A stretch of DNA of 64,000 nt from assembly GCA_022827625.1 (NCBI GenBank), contig JAJEIE010000022.1, positions 24,293 through 88,292 on the forward strand, written 5' to 3'. Source of the stretch: Candidatus Poribacteria bacterium. Its GTDB lineage: Bacteria; Poribacteria; WGA-4E; WGA-3G. This document shows, in pieces, positions 40,347 through 47,920 of the stretch. The notes under the pieces were generated by a model. That model was not told where the DNA came from and searched no databases. It was given only the letters and a program-made list of their open reading frames with translations. The translations under genes were made by a program, and so were the position numbers. Position 1 is the first letter of the stretch. Every line of letters begins with the position of its first letter.

Positions 40347-41461
40347 CGTTTCTCTCCTAATATTACTGTACAGTGCTGCGCTGTCCCGTTCCTATCGATT
40401 TTAAGCTGGACGCTCGTATCCGGTCGCTTGGTCACGACACATCTTAGCAATTCAGCATAGGAGCGTACAGCGGTTTTATCAAATTCAAGAATCACGTCTT
40501 TGGGCAAGAGTCCACTTTTGTGTGCCGGGCTGCCTTCAATCACACGGGTAACATAGACCCCAGCCTCACCGATATCGACCTCAACACCGAGCCAACCGCG
40601 CGCCACCTTGCCGTGTTCTATAATCTCTTTGGCAACCGTGCGAACTATCTCTATCGGCAGCGCAAAAGCGATCTCTTGATTACGAGTCCCTAAGGGTGAG
40701 GGTTGCACAAGAAATTGTCTAATGTTTATATCGTCTTGTTCCCCAAACAGGACGTTAGCCGGTGAATTAATGCCAGTCGGCTCTGTTAGAACGGCAAATA
40801 TCATTCCCACGATCTCACCAGATGTATTGACAACGGCTCCGCCGCTGTTTCCGGGCGTGATGGCTGCGTTGATTTTAATGAGTTCCCCACACATTTGATC
40901 CGGCAAGGTGTCCCACCCACCGACGATTCCCCAGGAAATAATTGGGCTATGCCCATAAGAGCTGCCTATTGTCACAGTCCACGACCCCGTGTCAATCTTT
41001 GAGGAATCTCCCCACTTGATAGATTCCGCTATCGCTTTAGGTGCAGTTGTCAGCGATGTATCAGCAACGCGAAGCACTGCAATGTCGGTGAGTGTATCCG
41101 TGCCGAGCAGTTTCGCTGCAGATACCTTTCCATCACTAAAGACGATCTCAATTTTATCCGGATTTTCTATCTCAAAAGTCGTTGTTACGACGTGTCCAGC
41201 GGTGTCAATCAGGATACCGGAACCGATATCTTGGCGGGTGAGTGCCAACCGCTTAGGATTCGGTTGGAGCCATACTGAATTGACCTGTGTCGCTACTACT
41301 TTAACAACAGCGGGACGAGCACCGGCGACGATCTTCTGAAAATCCTTCTCGAACATCTGTAGGATATTTTCGTTCGCAAAGCTGAAGGGGATTGCATAGA
41401 AAAGTAGACCGAACAGTCCGATTATCAAATTTTTAATTATTAAATCTGGTCGCTGTTTCAT
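40343..41461 (-). CDS. HtrA/DegP-family trypsin-like serine protease with PDZ domain
   Basis: GNSGGAVVN catalytic serine motif; PDZ WLGVEV...VIEGSPAHKSGLLPKDVIL. Confidence 0.85.
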   Translation of the reverse strand: MKQRPDLIIKNLIIGLFGLLFYAIPFSFANENILQMFEKDFQKIVAGARPAVVKVVATQVNSVWLQPNPKRLALTRQDIGSGILIDTAGHVVTTTFEIENPDKIEIVFSDGKVSAAKLLGTDTLTDIAVLRVADTSLTTAPKAIAESIKWGDSSKIDTGSWTVTIGSSYGHSPIISWGIVGGWDTLPDQMCGELIKINAAITPGNSGGAVVNTSGEIVGMIFAVLTEPTGINSPANVLFGEQDDINIRQFLVQPSPLGTRNQEIAFALPIEIVRTVAKEIIEHGKVARGWLGVEVDIGEAGVYVTRVIEGSPAHKSGLLPKDVILEFDKTAVRSYAELLRCVVTKRPDTSVQLKIDRNGTAQHCTVILGEKR

Positions 41462-41474
41462 TTGATTTTCCTTT

Positions 41475-41516
41475 GGCTGTTGGCTGTTGGCAGTTGGTTA
41501 TTGGTTGCTGGCTCAC
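41475..41516. repeat. Tandem heptanucleotide tract (6 units) filling the anti-sigma/HtrA intergenic gap
   Basis: ggctgtt ggctgtt ggcagtt ggttatt ggttgct ggctcac, then cgccatttgcca (41517-41528). Confidence 0.75.
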
Positions 41517-41530
41517 CGCCATTTGCCACC

Positions 41531-42127
41531 TCAAAGCCCGCCGCCTGTAGAGGTACTGGTGTAGCTCACCTGCTTTAAGACATAGTGCTGCTGCATCGGT
41601 TGTCGCGATGCCCGGATGACACCACCCGGCGAAAATGAACCCATACTTCTCACCCGACGCCGCACATCTACGGGCAGCTCAACAGGTGGGGGTCCGAGAC
41701 GGGAGGGCTCGGATGCCGGCGTTACTACGACAGCAGGCTGCGAGTCCCGATCAGATAAGAAGCCGTCTTGATAGAAGTAGCCACCAACTACGGCGATAAG
41801 AATCAAAGCAACGATACCCCTAAATGCCCATCTCGGACGGCGGAACCCGTCTTGTAGTCGATGCCAGCCGGTTGTGATAATATCTCTAATACCGTCGAAT
41901 TCTTGCCCTTCTTCAGCAAGCCGTTCCCTTAACTTCGGCATAAAGTTGGGGGATGGCTCAATCTGGGGCAATTGCCGGACGGCCTTAACAGATTCTTGAA
42001 ATCGGGCATATTCGTGTTGACATGCTCCGCACGTTGCGAGATGTGCCTCAAAATCGCGTAACGCCCGATAATCCAGTGTATCTTCAAAATAGGCAGAGAA
42101 GTGTTCCTCAGCCTGCAAGCAGTTCAT
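41531..42127 (-). CDS. Anti-sigma factor (zf-HC2), single-pass membrane protein
   Basis: HLATCGACQHEY zinc-finger motif; central TM GIVALILIAVVGGYFY. Confidence 0.8.
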   Translation of the reverse strand: MNCLQAEEHFSAYFEDTLDYRALRDFEAHLATCGACQHEYARFQESVKAVRQLPQIEPSPNFMPKLRERLAEEGQEFDGIRDIITTGWHRLQDGFRRPRWAFRGIVALILIAVVGGYFYQDGFLSDRDSQPAVVVTPASEPSRLGPPPVELPVDVRRRVRSMGSFSPGGVIRASRQPMQQHYVLKQVSYTSTSTGGGL

Positions 42128-42145
42128 AATCTCTCCTTATGCGCA

Positions 42146-42733
42146 TTAAACATAGGATTTCAATTTGTCCTTAAGCATGAGCCTCGCACGATTGATTCGG
42201 GATTTTGTTGTACCGCTACGGAGTTCAAGCGTCTCACTAATTTCATCGTAACTCAGTCCTTGTAGATCACGGAGGACAAGCGGAACCCTGTACTGTTCCG
42301 GTAATTCTGCGATCGCACTCTGGATCGCGTCGTGCAATTCTTTCCGTTCAAGTGCGACTTCCGGTTGGGAACTCGCATCAGCAGGTGTATTTTCAATGAG
42401 ATCAATCTGTTCGGAATCTCCATTACCCTCGACGACATTATCAACCCTATATCGATTTCGCCTTCCGCGATTTCGGAGTTCATTTTTGCAGAGATTTGAG
42501 GCAATGTGATACATCCACGTCTTAAAATGCGCCTGTCCGGGCTTGTAGCGCCGCGATGCTTTAAAAATGCGAATGAATGTCTCCTGTGCCAAATCCTCGG
42601 CACTGTCTCTATCATTGATATACCGAGCAATGAAATTGATGAGTGGTTGTTGATGCCGGCGCACAAGGAGCGTAAAAGCATCCTCATCCCCCGCTCGGTA
42701 GCGTTCCATTAATTCATCATCTAAATCAGGCAT
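42146..42733 (-). CDS. ECF-type RNA polymerase sigma-70 factor
   Basis: Region 2 (DSAEDLAQETFIRIF) and region 4 (LRDLQGLSYDEISETLELRSGTTKSRINRAR). Start trimmed to the ATG at 42733. Confidence 0.85.
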   Translation of the reverse strand: MPDLDDELMERYRAGDEDAFTLLVRRHQQPLINFIARYINDRDSAEDLAQETFIRIFKASRRYKPGQAHFKTWMYHIASNLCKNELRNRGRRNRYRVDNVVEGNGDSEQIDLIENTPADASSQPEVALERKELHDAIQSAIAELPEQYRVPLVLRDLQGLSYDEISETLELRSGTTKSRINRARLMLKDKLKSYV

Positions 42734-42846
42734 CAAGATCCTCCGGAGGTGCTTGTCTATAATATACACCAAACCGTAGATTTGGTTGCAACTTTTTTAA
42801 TAGCAATTAGGGCGCTTCGCTTCGCAATCAACTATCGACTACTTGC

Positions 42847-42875
42847 TTGACTTCAAAGTATATTTCGTGTATGAT
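42847..42875 (+). promoter_or_regulatory. sigma70-type promoter TTGACT-17-TATGAT
   Basis: TTGACT 42847-42852, 17-nt spacer, TATGAT 42870-42875. The ~125-nt leader includes the heptamer tract 42977-43004. Confidence 0.6.
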
Positions 42876-42976
42876 TGATTTTATGGCGGTCAACCATCAG
42901 GTCGCTACGCCTTCAGTTGTTAGCTAAGAGATCGTTGTAGCGGATGAAAACGATTGTAATATCGTCAACGCGTTAC

Positions 42977-43004
42977 TGATAGCCGACAACTGACAACTAT
43001 CAAT
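42977..43004. repeat. Tandem heptanucleotide tract (4 units) abutting the RBS of the O-methyltransferase gene
   Basis: tgatagc cgacaac tgacaac tatcaat, then caATGGAGGcttatATG. Confidence 0.7.
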
Positions 43005-43006
43005 CA

Positions 43007-43600
43007 ATGGAGGCTTATATGTTCGATCAGGTTTTACAAGACGTCGAGGCACAATGTAGAGAAGAGAGAATCCCGATGTTAGGCCCCGAAAAGGCAAAGT
43101 TTCTCGCCGCTTGCGTCGAAAAAGCAAAGCCGTCTCTTATTGTTGAATGCGGAACGGCTATCGGTTATTCTGGATTATGGATGCTACGCGTTCTGAAGAC
43201 CATCGGTGCCGGACGCTTGATAACAATTGAGATAGACGCGAACCGTGCCGCTCAAGCGCGGACAAATTTTGAACGTGCTGGACTCGCAGACCTCGTAGAC
43301 TCACGCATCGGTGACGCACAAGAAACCCTCAAAAGTATCCAAGACCCTGTCGATTTTTTGCTCCTTGACAACAACTTCGACAACTATTTCCCCTGTTTTC
43401 AGGCAATCGAATCGCAACTCACAAACCCGGCAACCGTCGTAGCAGATAACGTCGGTATCGGTGCAGATACAATGGCGGATTACCTGGCGCACGTCCGCGA
43501 GCGTTATGAATCTGAAACACACTGGTTTGACATCGACCTGCCGTGGGTGAAACAGGACGCAATTGAAGTGAGTATCTATCGCCATTCTTTAAACTATTAA
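43007..43600 (+). CDS. Class I SAM-dependent O-methyltransferase (family 3, catechol/caffeoyl-CoA OMT-like)
   Basis: IVECGTAIGYSGLWM motif I, LLDNNFDNYFPCF; RBS GGAGG. Confidence 0.75.
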   Translation: MEAYMFDQVLQDVEAQCREERIPMLGPEKAKFLAACVEKAKPSLIVECGTAIGYSGLWMLRVLKTIGAGRLITIEIDANRAAQARTNFERAGLADLVDSRIGDAQETLKSIQDPVDFLLLDNNFDNYFPCFQAIESQLTNPATVVADNVGIGADTMADYLAHVRERYESETHWFDIDLPWVKQDAIEVSIYRHSLNY

Positions 43601-43735
43601 ATTTGAGCTGCTGCGGACGTTGTCCTTGCAGATACATAATTGTTAAAAAACCTCTCGTAACCTGAAGTAGGTTCTTTATTAATTCCACACCGGTGTTAAC
43701 GAAGGAAACACCGATCAGGAGCGGTCGTTAAAAAA

Positions 43736-46420
43736 ATGGATTATAATTTTACCACTGTTGCGCGGTTGCCTGCCCCAGACGATAACGTCGGTATCGCTAC
43801 CCAAACACTCGAACGTGGCACACGCATCCGTCATAACGGACAGCAGTTTGAATTATCGCATACGATTTTAGAAGGACACCGATTCGCTATCCAACCGATT
43901 TCAGAAGCTGCCCCACTCCTATCGTGGGGACTGCCCTTCGGTTACGCCACTCGTGCCATTGCCCCGGGCGATTACGTGTGTAATCAGAAAATGATTGATT
44001 CGCTGTCCATTAGAAACCTCCCTTTCGTCCTACCAGAGACTCCCAATTTCAGTGACAAAATGGCACCATACAGGTTAGATGAAGCCGAATTCCGTCCAGG
44101 AAAACAGGTGTCGCGTCATACGAACGAACGCGGTTTCCTCGGTTATCGCCGTCCCGGCAATCGCGGTGTCGGCACGCGAAACTACATCGTTGTTATGGGA
44201 ACAACCTCACGTACTTCGGGTTTCGCGAGAAGACTCGCCGATATGTGTTCAGTGCGTACCGAAGCCTATCCTAACGTAGATGGTGTCGTTGCTGTAACAC
44301 ATACGGAAGGCGGCGAAGGGCGGACGCCGAATAACATTGATATGTTGCTCCGAACGCTTGCCGGTTTCACTGTTCATCCGAACATCGGCGCGATGCTGTT
44401 GGTTGACTACGGTACTGAAGCTGTGACAAACGAGATGCTCCAGTCATACATGCGGCGCGAAGGCTACGCCTTAGACGATGTTGTCCACCACTTCTATCGG
44501 TTACAAGGGAGTTTTGATGCGGATTTAGCCAACGGTGCGGAGATTATTAAGGGGTGGTTGGACAGCGTGAATAGCGTCCCACGCACTGAGCAATCTCTGG
44601 AAAACCTTAAAATTGCCTTACAATGCGGTGGGTCTGATGCCTTTTCGGGTATATCCGGCAACCCACTTGCTGCCTACGTTGCAAAAGAGGTTATCCGTTA
44701 CGGTGGATGCGCCAATCTTGCAGAAACCGACGAACTTATTGGATCAGAGGCGTATGTGCTTCAGAACGTCCGCGACTTGACGACTGCCCGGATCTTCCTT
44801 GACACGATCCAACGCTTCAAGGAACGCGTCTCATGGCATGGACACTCGGCAGAAGGCAATCCGTCTGGGGGTAACAACTTCCGTGGACTCTATAACATCG
44901 CTATTAAATCCATCGGTGCAGCGATGAAACGGCATCCTGATGTCTGTCTCGATTATGTTATCAATTACAGCGAACTGATGGAGAAACCGGGTTACTACTT
45001 CATGGACAGTCCGGGCAACGATTTAGAAAGCATTGCAGGACAAATTGCCTCTGGTTCTAACATGATTTTCTTTGTAACAGGCAACGGGTCAATTACGAAT
45101 TTCCCGTTCGTGCCGACAATTAAAATTGTTACGACGACTGGACGCTATGAGATGCTTACCAAAGACATGGACGTGAACGCGGGTGCGTATCTTGACGGCA
45201 CGCCGATGGAGGAACTCGGTGAAGCAATGCTCGACTTGACGGTGGATGTTGCATCGGGTGAACAGTCGGTCGGTGAGAAAGCCGGACATTCTCAAGTCTC
45301 GTTGTGGCGCGATTGGAAACAGACGGGGCCCGTGGATTTAGACCCGCTGTTGACAGCATCCGAATTGAAGCCCGGCGAACCGATACCCATTGAGACTTTG
45401 GGAGGCGGTGCTGTTAGGAAACCGCACCTACCAAGTCGGGGGGTTTTCCGCGCCCTCCAAACAGAAAATGGATACCGCACGGATCAGGTCGGGTTAATTT
45501 TGCCGACGAGCCTCTGTTCGGGTCAGATTGCGCAGATGATTGCCCACCGTTGCAATGAACAAGAGATCGGTAAAGAACAAGGTGTATCCCGCTTTGTTGC
45601 TCTCCCACATACGGAGGGGTGTGGTGTCTCCAGCGGACGTTCTGAAGAAATTTACACCCGTACGATGATTGGACACCTCACACACCCGACGGTTGCCCTC
45701 GGTCTACTCCTTGAGCACGGTTGCGAAAAAACACACAACGATCACGTCCGACACGAAATTCAGCAGCTCGGTATATCACCAGAACGCTACGGGTGGGCGA
45801 GTGTACAATTGGACGGTGGGATTGATGCCGTTATTGACAAGGTACAAGACTGGTTTTCGGAGTCGCTCGCGAATAAGCCGTCTGTTCCGGTTGTCAATGC
45901 GGGATTAGAACACCTCTGCATCGCTGTAACATCAACCGGTGAAGTGAGGGAAGAAGTCTCGGAGTCTCTGACGCAATTGACGCATAGGGTAGTCGCTGCG
46001 GGTGGAACGGTCATTGTGCCTGCAAACGCGACTTTTTTACGTTACGGCACACGCCGTGTGCCTACTACTTTGGCTTACGGACAAAGGGTTGAAAAGGCGG
46101 GTTTTCACGTCATGGAGAGTCCCACGGATCAGCCGACAGAGACGCTGACGGGATTGGGAGCGACGGGTGTGGATTTGGCACTTGCACATATTGTCGGTGC
46201 CCCGCTGCAATCGCATGTGATGGTGCCGTTGATTCAGGTATCCACAGATTCAGCAACGCGAACCAACTACGGTCCTGATTTAGATTTAGCGACTGCTGAT
46301 GTTGACGAGTTATTGGCGTTGATTGTAGAGGTCGCATCACGACAGTATACGCCGAAACTGCACGGTAAAGGGAATACGGATTTTCAGTTGACGCGAGGGT
46401 TGTTGGGGATCTCGATGTAA
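43736..46420 (+). CDS. Long UxaA/altronate-galactarate dehydratase family protein with a partial internal duplication
   Basis: SAF-like N-terminus (GHRFAIQPI), GYRRPGNRGVGTRNYIVV, QCGGSDAFSGISGNP, FVTGNGSITNFPFVPTIKIV. The extra ~360 aa repeat the Cys-containing subdomain (LPTSLCSG, PHTEGCG, LEHGCE). Confidence 0.7.
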   Translation: MDYNFTTVARLPAPDDNVGIATQTLERGTRIRHNGQQFELSHTILEGHRFAIQPISEAAPLLSWGLPFGYATRAIAPGDYVCNQKMIDSLSIRNLPFVLPETPNFSDKMAPYRLDEAEFRPGKQVSRHTNERGFLGYRRPGNRGVGTRNYIVVMGTTSRTSGFARRLADMCSVRTEAYPNVDGVVAVTHTEGGEGRTPNNIDMLLRTLAGFTVHPNIGAMLLVDYGTEAVTNEMLQSYMRREGYALDDVVHHFYRLQGSFDADLANGAEIIKGWLDSVNSVPRTEQSLENLKIALQCGGSDAFSGISGNPLAAYVAKEVIRYGGCANLAETDELIGSEAYVLQNVRDLTTARIFLDTIQRFKERVSWHGHSAEGNPSGGNNFRGLYNIAIKSIGAAMKRHPDVCLDYVINYSELMEKPGYYFMDSPGNDLESIAGQIASGSNMIFFVTGNGSITNFPFVPTIKIVTTTGRYEMLTKDMDVNAGAYLDGTPMEELGEAMLDLTVDVASGEQSVGEKAGHSQVSLWRDWKQTGPVDLDPLLTASELKPGEPIPIETLGGGAVRKPHLPSRGVFRALQTENGYRTDQVGLILPTSLCSGQIAQMIAHRCNEQEIGKEQGVSRFVALPHTEGCGVSSGRSEEIYTRTMIGHLTHPTVALGLLLEHGCEKTHNDHVRHEIQQLGISPERYGWASVQLDGGIDAVIDKVQDWFSESLANKPSVPVVNAGLEHLCIAVTSTGEVREEVSESLTQLTHRVVAAGGTVIVPANATFLRYGTRRVPTTLAYGQRVEKAGFHVMESPTDQPTETLTGLGATGVDLALAHIVGAPLQSHVMVPLIQVSTDSATRTNYGPDLDLATADVDELLALIVEVASRQYTPKLHGKGNTDFQLTRGLLGISM

Positions 46421-47599
46421 TTAGAATGAGATCCGCACCAATTCTACAGGGAAATCAGCCATAACAGTCGGCTTGCGGAGTGCCATGAAACCGAGGGTTA
46501 ACCATTTATCGATTAAAGGCAAGGAAACGGCAAACTTGTCTGATTTAGGTATGAGATGGTTTCTCGCAAATGGAGCTGTCTCTCCCCACCCGCGTGTCAA
46601 ACGGTGTGCCAGCCACATTCCTGCCGCTGATCCAAGAATACTCCCCATAACATACGGTTTATGGCTTTCCGCGTCCGCCATCATCGGAAAACTCATGCCG
46701 AACATGGCACCTGCATACGCGCCGACTTGTATCAAGGTTGCCCGACCATTTGTATATTCATCTCCAGCAGTCAATTTATAGCCAAGATATGTCCCCGCCG
46801 GCAAACCGAGCATCGCGGCCAATACGTAAGGTCTCAATGCCTCCACATCAGTTAATGACAGAATTCCGACGGCATAGGAACTACCGATACCACCGCCAAG
46901 CGCGAGTAAACTTGCCCTTCCCTCGTTAATCGGTTTATTGTGAATCAATTTTGCTGTCGTCCATACACTAGTGGGTATACCGATCATCGCCGATGTAACA
47001 TAGATTTTGGCTTGCGTCCAACCTTCAAGATCTTCAATATTGATAAGATATGGAATTGCCAGCCCGTACAGTCCGCCAACCAATCCGCCTCTGCTAATCG
47101 TGTGCGATTCGCCCTCATTAAACCACCTGTGAGAACTAAGACTATGTGCCAGCAGCCCGCCGATGGGTGTAGCGAACATCGCAGAAGCGAGGTAAGCCTT
47201 ATCATTCTCTGATTCAAATAACACAGGCAGTCCGAAACCGTATAGCGTGCCTGCCAGACTGCCCGTTAGGATTAGACTGGAGCGTCCCGCGCCGAGTCGA
47301 TGATTTCTTGTCGCGAGGAGTGCCCCCACAAAAGACCCGCCCCCAATCAACATCTCCAATCCCGCTATCTGTGATCCAGATTCAATTTCAAGTAGTCGAG
47401 CCGTCCCCGGTCCATACAACGCAAACCCATACAACGTTGCGGAGGCGACCAAGAGCGTTCTGCCTTCCTTCTGTTTTTCTACGGAAACACCTTGTTCGGT
47501 TTGCCCTTGAGCATAACCTTCAGGTACAAAGTGGAGAAAAATTAAAACCGCAAAACAAAAAATACAAACGCTTTTGTGAAATATAAAACGAATTTTCAT
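46421..47599 (-). CDS. Secreted/membrane Gly-rich protein with 4 internal ~55-60-aa repeats, unknown function
   Basis: Signal peptide MKIRFIFHKSVCIFCFAVLIFLHFVPEGYA. Repeated pattern G(R/E)(S/A)xL...G..G..YG..(I/L)P. Start trimmed to the ATG at 47599. Confidence 0.5.
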   Translation of the reverse strand: MKIRFIFHKSVCIFCFAVLIFLHFVPEGYAQGQTEQGVSVEKQKEGRTLLVASATLYGFALYGPGTARLLEIESGSQIAGLEMLIGGGSFVGALLATRNHRLGAGRSSLILTGSLAGTLYGFGLPVLFESENDKAYLASAMFATPIGGLLAHSLSSHRWFNEGESHTISRGGLVGGLYGLAIPYLINIEDLEGWTQAKIYVTSAMIGIPTSVWTTAKLIHNKPINEGRASLLALGGGIGSSYAVGILSLTDVEALRPYVLAAMLGLPAGTYLGYKLTAGDEYTNGRATLIQVGAYAGAMFGMSFPMMADAESHKPYVMGSILGSAAGMWLAHRLTRGWGETAPFARNHLIPKSDKFAVSLPLIDKWLTLGFMALRKPTVMADFPVELVRISF

Positions 47600-47676
47600 T
47601 TTTTCCTTTTGAATGACGGAGTACCCACTGCAGAATCCCCTGACTCGGAGGCCTGTGATTTGTTTCACATTGCGAC

Positions 47677-47704
47677 GGGCGATGAATCGCCCTACTACGA
47701 ACCC
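47677..47704. repeat. Repeat family C copy 2
   Basis: GGGCGAT-GA-ATCGCCC palindrome followed by tactacgaaccc; lies in the predicted 5' leader of 46421-47599. Confidence 0.6.
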
Positions 47705-47757
47705 ATTTACCTATAATTTAAAGATGGTTAGACCACTACGACTCTCATGGTGCACTG

Positions 47758-47786
47758 ATTATATCTGAAAATTGGGAGGCGGTCAA
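47758..47786 (-). promoter_or_regulatory. sigma70-type promoter TTGACC-17-TATAAT
   Basis: Minus strand TTGACC (47786-47781), 17 nt, TATAAT (47763-47758); about 150-nt leader to the ATG at 47599. Confidence 0.6.
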
Positions 47787-47892
47787 GCATTTTCCAAAGG
47801 TTATCAGTCGTCTGTTAAAAGAGTACGAGTAATCAGCCCATCCTTTCGCAAATTCCAGACAGAGATAGATTCTTACCAAAGCCCTTTTTAAC

Positions 47893-47920
47893 TGATAGCC
47901 AATAACCGACAACTAATGAC
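47893..47920. repeat. Tandem heptanucleotide tract (4 units) at the 3' end of the giant surface-protein gene
   Basis: tgatagc caataac cgacaac taatgac. Confidence 0.65.

Noticed and set aside
42758-42791. Promoter for the ECF sigma operon (TTGCAA ... TATATT/TATAAT-like)
   Set aside because: The -35/-10 spacing on the minus strand is 19 nt or the -10 is poor (TGTATA at 17 nt), and no ECF-type GGAAC...CGT motif was seen. Left uncalled.
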